From Gemmatimonadales bacterium (GTDB taxonomy: Bacteria; Gemmatimonadota; Gemmatimonadetes; Gemmatimonadales; GWC2-71-9), in contig DATIYM010000007.1 of assembly GCA_035517615.1 (NCBI GenBank), forward strand, positions 166,402-230,401: DNA of 64,000 bases, given 5' to 3'. The first letter of the stretch is position 1, and the number at the start of each line of letters is the position of its first letter. Below the pieces are notes generated by a model. It was not told the DNA's origin. It ran no database searches and was given only the letters and a program-made list of their open reading frames with translations. Positions 46,681-56,732 of this stretch are shown here, piece after piece. Both the position numbers and the translations under genes were made by a program.

Positions 46681-47045
46681 CGGCTGCGATCGGGTCTGAG
46701 CTGGGCCGCGCCGCGGAGATAGATATGTTTCAGGTCGCGCGGCGGCTTCGATGTGTAGAGATGCAGCAGCAGGCGGACGCAGCGGGGTAACCCGCTCGGC
46801 ACGCCCACTTCGCTTGCGCCGAGCAGCGGAACCGAATCCCAGCCGAGGCGGCGCGCGGCGCGGGCAGGATACTCCGCCGTCAGATCGGGCGAAGACGTAA
46901 AGATTGCGCTCTCCACGTCGTCCGGCTCGAAGCCGTTCGCGTCCTGGAGCGCGCGGATCAATTCCTCAGTTGCCTCGAGGATTGCTTCCGAAGTGTTCGC
47001 CGCGGCGGTCGTCGCGCCGCGCAACCCACGCAGGACCTTGGTCAT
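46677..47045 (-). CDS. aroH: chorismate mutase, AroH type
   Basis: LRGLRGATT hallmark N-terminus, IFTSSPDL and RLLLHLY motifs. The stop overlaps the rlmI GTG start (GTGA). Confidence 0.88.
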   Translation of the reverse strand: MTKVLRGLRGATTAAANTSEAILEATEELIRALQDANGFEPDDVESAIFTSSPDLTAEYPARAARRLGWDSVPLLGASEVGVPSGLPRCVRLLLHLYTSKPPRDLKHIYLRGAAQLRPDRSR

Positions 47046-47673
47046 GGGAATCCGGGATCAGGTGCGCTTGATGGTGCTCACGGACGCCTTGTTATGGAAG
47101 GGGCGTGATGCGGTCGAGTTGTGCCGGGCGGCGGTGTCTGGAGGGGCAACCGCCATCCAGGTTCGCGTCAAACCCGCCTCCCCGCTCGAGCTCGCCGAGC
47201 TGGGCCGCTCACTTGTCGCGGCTCTGCCCGTTCCCGTACTGATCAACGATCGGGTGGACGTGGCCCTGGCGATCGGGGCGGCCGGCGCGCATCTGGGGCA
47301 GGACGATCCGCCGCTCGACGTCATGCGGTCTCTCGTGCCGCCCGGTTTCCTGCTTGGCATATCGGTCGGCTCAGCGGACGAGGTTGCTCGCGTCGCGCAT
47401 TGGCCGGCCGATTACTGGAGCATTGGCCCGTGTTTCGCCACTTCGCATAAGTCCGATGCCGGGCCGCCGCTCGGGGCGGGGGGTTTCGCGGCACTGGCCC
47501 GCCGCGCGCCGGCGGGGATGCCCGTCATTGGGATCGGCGGAATCACCACCGCCAACGCCGCCGAGATCGCGCGCGCCGGGGCGGCGGGCGTCGCAGTGAT
47601 TGGAGCGGTCTGGGGAGGCGACGCTACGGACCCGGCCGGGGCCGCGCGCGCGCTGCGCTCTGCATTCGCTTGA
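47044..47673 (+). CDS. thiE: thiamine-phosphate synthase
   Basis: LMVLTD, IQVRVK, LINDRVDVALA, GAHLGQDD, GISVG and IGGI motifs. The ATG at 47044 would overlap the divergent aroH start by 2 nt. ATG at 47071 (MVLTD) or GTG at 47062 are alternative starts. Confidence 0.88.
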   Translation: MGIRDQVRLMVLTDALLWKGRDAVELCRAAVSGGATAIQVRVKPASPLELAELGRSLVAALPVPVLINDRVDVALAIGAAGAHLGQDDPPLDVMRSLVPPGFLLGISVGSADEVARVAHWPADYWSIGPCFATSHKSDAGPPLGAGGFAALARRAPAGMPVIGIGGITTANAAEIARAGAAGVAVIGAVWGGDATDPAGAARALRSAFA

Positions 47674-48676
47674 CCTTCGCGATCGCCAGCTCATGTTCGG
47701 CGAATGTGGTCGAGAAAATGTGCTTCCCGTCGGGTTGCGCCACGAAGTACAGAAACGGAACCTGGGCCGGATACAGCGCCGCGATCAGGCTGGTTTTCCC
47801 TGGTTGGGCGATCGGTCCGGGAGGCAGTCCCGCGTGAATGTAGGTGTTGTAGGGAGACCGGACCTCGAGGTTCTTTTCCCACACCCGCTTGAGCCGATGA
47901 CCGTAGGCATAAACCACCGTCGGATCGGCATCGAGCTTCATGCGTCGGTCGAGCCGATTGTGGTAAACGGCTGAGACAAACGGCCGATCGGGATCGTAGC
48001 GCACCTCCGCTTCGACGATCGAGGCCAGCGTAACAAGCTGGTGCCGCGTCAGCCGCAAGGTATCGAGCCGTGCCTGCCACTCGGGCTGCCATTGAGTGAG
48101 AAACTCTCGAACCATGAACCCCACCAGCTCCCGCGCCCCGGGGTGGAGCGGGATCACGTAGGTGGTGGGGAAGAGGTACCCCTCCAGGGTCGTGACCTCG
48201 CGCGGGAGCCCGAGCTCACGGCGTAGCCCCGAGTCCCGGGCGGCGATGAGGAATGAATCGCGTGGGATTCCAAGATCCGCGTGTGCGAGGTCGGCGACCT
48301 CGGTGAGCATCAATCCCTCGGGGACGGTCCAGCGCGTCTCGACCCCGCGCCCGTGCTCGAGCGCCGTAACCGTTTCACCCCACGGGGCGTCTTCCGCGAA
48401 CAGGTAGTCGCCGCTCTTCAATGAGCGCCGCAGCCCGCGAATTCTGGCGTACAGCCGGAACAACGTGGGCGAGCGGATCACACCGTGCCCGGCGAGCGAG
48501 TCGACCGCACCTTCGAGGGTCGCGCCGGGGGGAATGGTCACGGGAACCCGGTCCGCGCTGGGGTGCCCGGAACAGGCGGTGGTTAGCGAGAGCAGAAATG
48601 CGAGACCGCGGATTCGACGCGCGGAGGCCCAGTCCGCAACCCGCAATCCACAATCCACCACCCTATCGGCGCGCAT
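47624..48676 (-). CDS. mltG: endolytic murein transglycosylase MltG (YceG-like)
   Basis: LEGYLFPTTY, ASIVEAE, VYHNRL, LDADPTV and SPYNTY motifs. ATG at 48676. The 3' end overlaps convergent thiE by 50 nt. Confidence 0.9.
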   Translation of the reverse strand: MRADRVVDCGLRVADWASARRIRGLAFLLSLTTACSGHPSADRVPVTIPPGATLEGAVDSLAGHGVIRSPTLFRLYARIRGLRRSLKSGDYLFAEDAPWGETVTALEHGRGVETRWTVPEGLMLTEVADLAHADLGIPRDSFLIAARDSGLRRELGLPREVTTLEGYLFPTTYVIPLHPGARELVGFMVREFLTQWQPEWQARLDTLRLTRHQLVTLASIVEAEVRYDPDRPFVSAVYHNRLDRRMKLDADPTVVYAYGHRLKRVWEKNLEVRSPYNTYIHAGLPPGPIAQPGKTSLIAALYPAQVPFLYFVAQPDGKHIFSTTFAEHELAIAKVKRMQSAARARPRPGP

Positions 48677-49093
48677 CCATGTACTGCTGCAGTACCAGGG
48701 CCGCCGCCATCGCATCCACGTCGTGCTTGCGGTCTCGCGTGGTCTCCCCCATTTCGCGCACCGAGCGCAGCACCCGGGCAGTCGTAAAGCGTTCGTCCTG
48801 GAAATCTACAAAAACGCCGGACCGCGAGGTGATTTGGTTTCCGAGCAGTCGGACTTCCCGCGCGGCGTTCCCTTCCGAGCCGTCGGATTCGAGTGGCAAT
48901 CCGAGCACGACGCCGACGGCATGGTGTTCGTGAATGAGCGTGAGCAGCGTCTGCAATGGAAACCGCTTGCCCCGCCGGCGAGTGAGCGTGGTGTGCGGGG
49001 AAGCCAGAATCTGGTGTTCGTCGGACAGGGCGATGCCGATCCGGCGTTCGCCCCAGTCCACACTGATGAGCCGCCCAGCCTTGGGCGGCTCAC

Positions 49094-49097
<4 letters not shown>
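48663..49097 (-). CDS. ruvX: Holliday junction resolvase-like RNase RuvX (YqgF)
   Basis: [17 protein letters not shown] and VVLGLPL motifs. The GTG start overlaps the rho stop (GTGA). Confidence 0.9.
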
Positions 49098-50347
<1,250 letters not shown>

Positions 50348-50455
50348 TTGTGCGTTGGCTCCGTTGTACGCTACGGCGGGCGGACCCCGGGTGTGCGGGA
50401 ATGAGCGCGTCGAAAGTGATGAGAACTAGGGAATTAACAGACGTGCGAGCGATTT

Positions 50456-50484
50456 ATAGTAGAGCGCGCTTCTATTTCAGTCAA
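50456..50484 (-). promoter_or_regulatory. putative sigma70-type promoter of rho
   Basis: On the minus strand: TTGACT (50484-50479), exactly 17 nt, then TACTAT (50461-50456). This leaves a leader of about 100 nt before the rho ATG. Confidence 0.45.
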
Positions 50485-50492
50485 GAGCGCTC

Positions 50493-51602
50493 GTGAGCCT
50501 TACCAGGTTCCTGATGGCGTGGCGCACGACCGTCCTTCCCGACCGGGAAGTCGTTGATGCGCTTGTACATCCATCGTACACCCACAGCTCTCCCGAGCTG
50601 ACTCAGGCGCTCGCGGATTGGCCTGGCGTGCATTACTGGTCGCGTGAGGTCGACGGGACTCACCTGATCCTGACGCGTCATTTGGGTCGTCCACGCCGCG
50701 AGCGGTGGGTGCTTCACGGACTGCTGTTCCTCGCGACGCTGTTGACCACCACCTTCGCTGGCGCCGTCCTCGCCGGCGCCATTCCGCTCGAGAACATTCT
50801 CGACGCGCTGAGTGGCGCAACTCGCGTGCCTTCACTCGCGGCCGAGTGGGCGAGAGGACTGCCTTTCTCCGTCCCGCTGCTTGTCATTCTGCTGTGCCAC
50901 GAAATGGGTCACTACATCACGGCACGGCGCTACGAGCTGGACGTTTCACCTCCCTACTTTATCCCCGTCCCGTTATTCCCCTGGACTCCCGTGGGCACGC
51001 TCGGCGCCTTCATCCGGCTGCGTACGCTGATGAGCGACCGCCGTCAGCTGCTCGACGTGGGGGCCATGGGGCCACTTGCCGGCTTCCTCGTAGCCGTGCC
51101 GGTGCTGTGGTTGGGATTGTTGGGAAGCCATCCGCTCCCCGGTCACGGTCCGCTGGCAGGAATGCTGGTGTCGATCGGCGGGATGGATTGGGCCCTGGGT
51201 GACTCGCTCGTTACCCTGGTACTTCGTCATCTCGTGCATCCGGGAGCGCAGGCAGTGCTCATGTCGCCGCTGGCATTCGCGGGCTGGTTCGGCCTGTTCG
51301 TGACCATGCTCAACCTGCTTCCGATGGCGCAGCTCGATGGCGGACACATTCTGTATGCCGCTCTGCCACGCTGGCATCGGCGTATCGCGGTGGCGATTCT
51401 CATACTCATTCTCGCATTGGGATGGCTCTGGAGCGGCTGGCTGTTGTGGGGAACGCTGGTGCTGCTGCTGTCCCGTGGACGGCTTGGTCATCCGCCAGTG
51501 CTCGACAGCTACCGACCGCTGCCCCGGTCGCGGACCCTGCTCGCCCTGGGTTCTCTGCTCCTGTTCGTCATCACCTTTGCGCCGGTGCCGTTTCGCATCT
51601 AG
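50493..51602 (+). CDS. M50 family (site-2 protease-like) membrane metalloprotease
   Basis: HEMGHY zinc motif and NLLPMAQLDGGH motif in a polytopic membrane protein. GTG start at 50493; ATG at 50514 is an alternative. Confidence 0.88.
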   Translation: MSLTRFLMAWRTTVLPDREVVDALVHPSYTHSSPELTQALADWPGVHYWSREVDGTHLILTRHLGRPRRERWVLHGLLFLATLLTTTFAGAVLAGAIPLENILDALSGATRVPSLAAEWARGLPFSVPLLVILLCHEMGHYITARRYELDVSPPYFIPVPLFPWTPVGTLGAFIRLRTLMSDRRQLLDVGAMGPLAGFLVAVPVLWLGLLGSHPLPGHGPLAGMLVSIGGMDWALGDSLVTLVLRHLVHPGAQAVLMSPLAFAGWFGLFVTMLNLLPMAQLDGGHILYAALPRWHRRIAVAILILILALGWLWSGWLLWGTLVLLLSRGRLGHPPVLDSYRPLPRSRTLLALGSLLLFVITFAPVPFRI

Positions 51603-51707
51603 GGGGCGTTCCCCCTGACCTTGCATGATCCGCCTATTTGCCGATCCGCCAGTATTGCACTGGCCTTTCTCTGTTATATCTTTGCCCAAACCAGCCCAGG
51701 GCACCGC

Positions 51708-51992
51708 ATGCCCGCACAGCCGGCGCGCTACAGCAGTCCCGATTCACCGGACATCGTCGTTCACGATCTTCCCCCAATTCGATTTGACGGACAACTCATT
51801 GCCGTACGGCTGCTCGTGCGCCGCTCAGAGGAAGGCGTCTGGCGCGGTCGGATGATGTACGGCGCGCCGGACACCGAGGCGGAGCGATCGACCGCTGAGA
51901 TTTTCTGCGCCGGCACCGAGCAGGACCTCTGGCAGTCGGTACGCGACCTGCGGGATCATCATCTTCGCGACCTGTATCGCTCACTGCTGTAA
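51708..51992 (+). CDS. hypothetical protein (94 aa)
   Basis: An internal ATG of track ORF 51621..51992 gives MPAQPARYSSPDSP.... There is a 1-nt TAATG junction with the next gene. No recognisable motif. Confidence 0.5.
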   Translation: MPAQPARYSSPDSPDIVVHDLPPIRFDGQLIAVRLLVRRSEEGVWRGRMMYGAPDTEAERSTAEIFCAGTEQDLWQSVRDLRDHHLRDLYRSLL

Positions 51993-52201
51993 TGGCCGGT
52001 GATGCGCAGGAGGAGCAGCTGCGGGCCCGGCTCCGGAAGTTCCGCCACGACCTCTCGAATCCGCTGGCGGCCATTCTGGCGGAAACGCAGCTACTGCTGC
52101 TCTCGCCGGAGCAGTTCAATCGGGAGTCGCTCGACAGTTTGAAGCAAATCGAAACCCTAGCACGGAGGATGCGGCAGATCCTGGACGACGCTACGGCGTG
52201 A
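51992..52201 (+). CDS. stand-alone HisKA/DHp (dimerisation-histidine phosphotransfer) domain protein, 69 aa
   Basis: The H-box FRHDLSNPLAAILAETQLLL is followed by a second helix SLKQIETLARRMRQILDD. There is no sensor, HAMP or ATPase domain. Confidence 0.65.
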   Translation: MAGDAQEEQLRARLRKFRHDLSNPLAAILAETQLLLLSPEQFNRESLDSLKQIETLARRMRQILDDATA

Positions 52202-52293
52202 AGCGCCCGCACCCCCCTCGCGTCTCTCCCGTTTCCCGCTGGTGGGCGGGTCGCCTTCCCCGGCGACTCGGGTTCGTCCGGGTCCCCAGGTGG

Positions 52294-54114
52294 TTACGCT
52301 GGCCCCGCACGCTGCGGCGCTTCCCGATCTGAGCCGCCGTTTTTCAAGTAGAGGAAAAGGAAAAGGACACTCGCCGCGCTCGCCGCGAATTTGTAGGGAG
52401 CGGCCGCGTCGCTCGCCGACAGCAACCCCTCGATCAATCCGGCAAGCACGAGCAGAGTCACCGTCGCCCCGACCATGCGGATGGCGGCGTGCCCCTCGAT
52501 GACCAGTGCATCCGCCCGGCTCCAGTCTCCCGGTGCGATCAGCGCACGGGCAATCCGGAGCCCGGCGCCACCCGCGATGAAGATGGCGGTCAACTCGAGA
52601 ATGCCGTGGCCGGCCACGAACGTGAGCAGCCAGTTCGCCACGTGGTAGTTCGCGAACAGGCCGAGTACCGCGCCGAAGAACAGTCCATTCGTGATCAGCA
52701 GGGTGAGCGTGCCGATTCCCGCGGTGATACCGAAGGCGAAGGCGAAGAATGCGACCTGCACGTTGTTCGTGATGATGCGCGACGCGACCACGGGCAGATA
52801 GAGAGAAGGGGCCTCGGCGTAGCCGACGCCTTCTTGCTGAGCGTGCGGCCCCATCCGCGCCCGCTCCACCATTTCCCCCGGGAGAATCTCCTCGCCGAGC
52901 GTGGGGTTTTCGCGCAGCAGGAGATATCCGGTGACCGCGGGAAGAGCGAACGCGAGCAGCGCGACCAGCACGTAGGGCCGCGATTGGATCACGGCGGCCG
53001 GAAACGATCTGAAAACCAGGTTCCACACCCGCACCGGCGTGAGCCTCGGCACGCCATATAGCGCATTGTGCCCGGCGCTCACGAGCCGTTCGAGATATTC
53101 GAGTACCCGTGGATCGACGCCGTAGGTGCGAGCGCGTGCGAGGTCGGCGGCGACCTCGCGATACTGCGACGCGAATCCCGGCAGGGCTTGAGCGCCCAGC
53201 TGTTCGAGACCGGTACGCTCCGCCTGGGTCGCCACGACGCGAAACGACTCCCACCGATCCCGTTTTTGCGCGATGAATCGCTCCGCGGTCACGGTGCTGC
53301 GGCCGATCCCGTCGACCTGTCGTGTCGCCAGCCGGCCACGGCGCCGTGATAACTCGTTCTCGTGGACCCCGGCGAGATAGAGCAGTGGGTCGGTGTCACG
53401 GCGCGGCACGCGCGGCTCGAACCGCGCCGCCAGCTCCGAGGTGAATCGGTCTCTGAGTCGCGGATCGAGCTGGTCGGCGCGCTCGATGAATTCGTCGAGC
53501 AGGCGGAACTCGTCGTCGGAAAGCTCAGGCGGCCCGAGGTCCAGGGCCTGCTGGGGATCGCCGGGCGGCGGAGCCGCGCTCGCGAGCTGCAGCTCGTCCG
53601 GCCGATCGCGCACGACCACGGTGCCCGCCACGATGTCGCCCAGGCGGCGGTTTTCGCGGTGCAACAACACGAAGGCGAGTCCCACGATGTAGAAGAAAAC
53701 CGGCTGCGCATCGACGACGCGCACAAGGTTGCGGACCGCGGCCGCGGAAAACGTGAGGGGGTGACCAGTATCCATCACCACCCGAATTCCGAGCAGCTGC
53801 TTGCCAGGCGTGCGTCCCCGGTGCAATCCCTCGAACAGGAGGAAGTAGCCCCAGAACAGCGTAAACGCGGCGAGCGTGATGACCACCGTGACGAGGGTGC
53901 CCGAGAGCCGCGCGTCGGCCTGCGGCAGCACCGCGCCGACGCCCACGACCAGCGCGAAGGCGAGAAACGCGAGGATCGCGGCGTCGCACAACGCGGCAAG
54001 GATTCTCGAGCCCAGCCCCGCGAGCTCGAGCTCGAGGACGACATGCTCGGGAGTCTCGATGTCCAGGCGCCTCGCAAACGAGGCGCCGGCCGGTACTCGC
54101 GTGGCAGGCGTCAC
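52294..54114 (-). CDS. RDD domain + SpoIIM/DUF95-like membrane protein fusion
   Basis: N-terminal RDD-type region RILAALCDAAILAFL...GRTPGKQLLGIRVV...RRLGDIVAGTVVV, a cytoplasmic linker, then a SpoIIM-like region NNVQVAFFAFAFGITAGIGT...GHGILELTAIFIAGGAG. Confidence 0.8.
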   Translation of the reverse strand: MTPATRVPAGASFARRLDIETPEHVVLELELAGLGSRILAALCDAAILAFLAFALVVGVGAVLPQADARLSGTLVTVVITLAAFTLFWGYFLLFEGLHRGRTPGKQLLGIRVVMDTGHPLTFSAAAVRNLVRVVDAQPVFFYIVGLAFVLLHRENRRLGDIVAGTVVVRDRPDELQLASAAPPPGDPQQALDLGPPELSDDEFRLLDEFIERADQLDPRLRDRFTSELAARFEPRVPRRDTDPLLYLAGVHENELSRRRGRLATRQVDGIGRSTVTAERFIAQKRDRWESFRVVATQAERTGLEQLGAQALPGFASQYREVAADLARARTYGVDPRVLEYLERLVSAGHNALYGVPRLTPVRVWNLVFRSFPAAVIQSRPYVLVALLAFALPAVTGYLLLRENPTLGEEILPGEMVERARMGPHAQQEGVGYAEAPSLYLPVVASRIITNNVQVAFFAFAFGITAGIGTLTLLITNGLFFGAVLGLFANYHVANWLLTFVAGHGILELTAIFIAGGAGLRIARALIAPGDWSRADALVIEGHAAIRMVGATVTLLVLAGLIEGLLSASDAAAPYKFAASAASVLFLFLYLKNGGSDREAPQRAGPA

Positions 54115-54143
54115 CCCGCCATGTTAATCACGGCAAAGGACTC

Positions 54144-54908
54144 GTGGCCAGCATTCCGCTTCGTCCCATGTCGACGGGAGAGATCCTCGATGCGTCGTTC
54201 GCTCTGCTGCGGCGCCACGCCGGGGTGTTTTTCGGCGTCGCCATCGTGTGCCAGGGTCCACCGACGGCCCTGCAGCTGTTCGTGCAATTCGGCGGCGGCG
54301 TGGGGGCCCACTTTGGGTTGTTCGTCTTCGCCCGCCTCCTGAACGGCCTGGGCTACCTGTTGATTACCGCCGCCTGCATTCGCGTGGTGTCGCAGGCGTA
54401 TCTGGGTCAGGAGCCGGGCATGGGGGAGGCGCTCGCGTTCGCCTGGCAGCGGGTGTGGCGAACGCTCAGCGCGGCGCTCTCGGCCGTTTTCCTCGCGACG
54501 CTGGCCGCATTCCTGCTCGTCGTACCCGGAATCATCGTCGCGTGCGGTTTTGCCGTGGCGGTGCAGGCGGCTGTCCTGGAATCCCTTCACTCGGGGAGCG
54601 ACGGGCTCGGGCGCTCCTGGGTGCTCACTCGCGGATACAAGTGGAAGGCGTTCGGGCTGTACGTGGTGGTGGGGATCATCGCCACCATTGTGCTGTTTGG
54701 ATTGAGTGTCGTCGGCGCAATCGCGACGGCGCTCTTCCCCCCGCTGCTCGTGCCCGTCGTCGTCAGCTTCGCGCTCGTCTTTCTGTTCGCCTATCCGTTC
54801 GTCAGCTGTGTCTTCACGCTGTTCTATTACGATCTGCGCGTGCGCCGAGAGGCGTTCGATCTCGAGCTGCTTGGACGGCATCTGGGTGTGGCCGTCGCGC
54901 CGGTGTGA
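54144..54908 (+). CDS. polytopic membrane protein (GDPD-membrane-domain-like), unknown function
   Basis: STGEILDASFALLRRH N-terminus and 5-6 TM helices, ending FYYDLRVRREAFDLE. This pattern is typical of membrane proteins found beside DUF4129/MoxR clusters. Confidence 0.7.
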   Translation: MASIPLRPMSTGEILDASFALLRRHAGVFFGVAIVCQGPPTALQLFVQFGGGVGAHFGLFVFARLLNGLGYLLITAACIRVVSQAYLGQEPGMGEALAFAWQRVWRTLSAALSAVFLATLAAFLLVVPGIIVACGFAVAVQAAVLESLHSGSDGLGRSWVLTRGYKWKAFGLYVVVGIIATIVLFGLSVVGAIATALFPPLLVPVVVSFALVFLFAYPFVSCVFTLFYYDLRVRREAFDLELLGRHLGVAVAPV

Positions 54909-55522
54909 CGGTCGCGCTTCAGCGCATCGATCCAGACAGCATTCGAGCGGCCCTGCGGACGGTGTTCGCGGGGCGCGAGTATCGCTGGCGGGGAACGAGC
55001 AGCGCGTGGCTGTGGGTGACGGACCACCTGTTGCGCGCGCTCGAGTGGCTCAGAGAGCTCCGGATTTCCTCGCCGTTCCGCTACTACCTGCTCGTGGCGT
55101 CGCTCACCATCATCCTCGGAGCGCTGCTGGTGCAGCTCGCCACCGTGGTTCGTCGCTCGGTTCGTTCGCGAGCGCCGGGGCCCACCGCGCCCCGAGACGT
55201 TCCCGCGCGTGACGCGCGCTGGCATCTCGCGGAGGCCGCGCGGGTTCTCGCGGCCGGCCAAATCGGCGAAGCGTTGGCGCACCGGTTCATCGCGATGCTC
55301 CTCGAGCTCGATGAGCGCGGCTTGATCACCTTCGACATCGCGAAGACGCCGGCCGAGTACGTCGCCGGGGCAAAGCTCGATCCGCGTACCCGTGCCGAGC
55401 TCGAGCAACTCGTCGACAGTCTCTACAGGCATCTGTTCGGCGCGGCCCCCGCCGACCTGACCACCTGGCAATCCTTCGACCGGAGGGCGGCGACGCTCGT
55501 GACCGATGCTCAAGCGGGGTGA
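54905..55522 (+). CDS. DUF4129 domain protein
   Basis: The GTG at 54905 makes GTGA with the upstream stop. One TM (YYLLVASLTIILGALLV), then ARWHLAEAARVLAAGQIGEALAHRFIAMLLELDERGLI...KTPAEY...LYRHLFG, the DUF4129 pattern. Confidence 0.7.
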   Translation: MTVALQRIDPDSIRAALRTVFAGREYRWRGTSSAWLWVTDHLLRALEWLRELRISSPFRYYLLVASLTIILGALLVQLATVVRRSVRSRAPGPTAPRDVPARDARWHLAEAARVLAAGQIGEALAHRFIAMLLELDERGLITFDIAKTPAEYVAGAKLDPRTRAELEQLVDSLYRHLFGAAPADLTTWQSFDRRAATLVTDAQAG

Positions 55523-56732
55523 ACGGGCGCTGGTCGGCGCTGCGGTGGGGGCGATTGCGGTTGCCGCGATTCTTGGCACCGTGCTCGCGCCCGCATCGAG
55601 CCTCACCGACCGGCGTCTGTCGACCTATCTCGCGGGTCCGTATGGCGCCAAAGGGCTGGGTCAGACATTGGCGCATCTCGGTGCGGAGGTCGTCCGCTGG
55701 CGCAAGCCATACTACATGCTTCCCGACAGCGCGCACCCGGACACCACGCGGTTGTTGGCATTTCTCGACGTTTCACTGCCGCGGACAGGACTCGAGACGG
55801 CAACGATCCGGGGCTACGTGGCCAACGGGGGACGCGTGTTCATCGCAGGCGTCGAGGGCATTGACGCATGCTTCGGATTCAAGACGCGGTTTGTCCGAGA
55901 CAACGCGTCGGGCGCCCTCAGGAATCCTGATGTTCGCCACCTGTACGCGGCGCGCCGCGTGCTCGAGCCCGTCAGTCCTGAGTCCCTCGCGCGGGCGCAT
56001 CCCGTCAGGCCCGGAGGCGAGCGTGCGTGCGTACCGCGTCCGGCCACGCGGGTGGATACGCTTCTCGTGACCAATGCGGGTGAGCTCGTCGCGGTACGCA
56101 TCAGGTGGCCCGGATCGGGCACGGCGACCCTCCTTGCCGACGAGCATTTCCTCACAAACCGCAGTCTCAAGGAAACGGATGCCGGAATCGTCGTGATTCC
56201 CTGGATTCTCTCGGGCGGCATTCGTAAAGTGGTGTTTGACGAATATCATCTCGGGTTTGGGAGCGGCGGATCGCTCGTCTCGGTATCGTGGGACTGGCTG
56301 CTCGACCATCCGCTGGGCTGGGCCATTCTGCAGGGTGTCGGCGTCGCTATCCTTGCGCTGGCCGTTCAGGCCGTGCGCTTCGGTCCAGTGCGGTGGCGGC
56401 GCGAACGCCGGCGCCGCTCCGCGCTCGAGCACGTAGACGCACTCGCGGCGGGGCTCGAACGATCCCACGGTGAAGATGTCGCGATTCAGATGATGATTTC
56501 AGGCCTGCGCCGGCGTTTGTCACCAGCCGGCCGCTCGAACACGGACAGCGCGCGCGAATGGATCGAGCGCCTCGAGGATGCGATGGTGAAGCCCGAGGGC
56601 CGCGCGGCCGCGCACCGTCTCCTGACGGCAATGATGGCTCCGGACATTCCGGACCGCCTGCTCATGGTCGCAACATCCGTGGAGGAAGTATGGGAGGAGC
56701 TTCGACCGCCCACGACGCGCAAGCCGTTCTGA
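55506..56732 (+). CDS. DUF4350-like protein
   Basis: N-terminal TM, then a periplasmic domain (GAKGLGQTLAHLG...GGRVFIAG), a second TM region and a cytoplasmic tail. The position between DUF4129 and MoxR matches the conserved cluster order. Confidence 0.6.
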   Translation: MLKRGERALVGAAVGAIAVAAILGTVLAPASSLTDRRLSTYLAGPYGAKGLGQTLAHLGAEVVRWRKPYYMLPDSAHPDTTRLLAFLDVSLPRTGLETATIRGYVANGGRVFIAGVEGIDACFGFKTRFVRDNASGALRNPDVRHLYAARRVLEPVSPESLARAHPVRPGGERACVPRPATRVDTLLVTNAGELVAVRIRWPGSGTATLLADEHFLTNRSLKETDAGIVVIPWILSGGIRKVVFDEYHLGFGSGGSLVSVSWDWLLDHPLGWAILQGVGVAILALAVQAVRFGPVRWRRERRRRSALEHVDALAAGLERSHGEDVAIQMMISGLRRRLSPAGRSNTDSAREWIERLEDAMVKPEGRAAAHRLLTAMMAPDIPDRLLMVATSVEEVWEELRPPTTRKPF

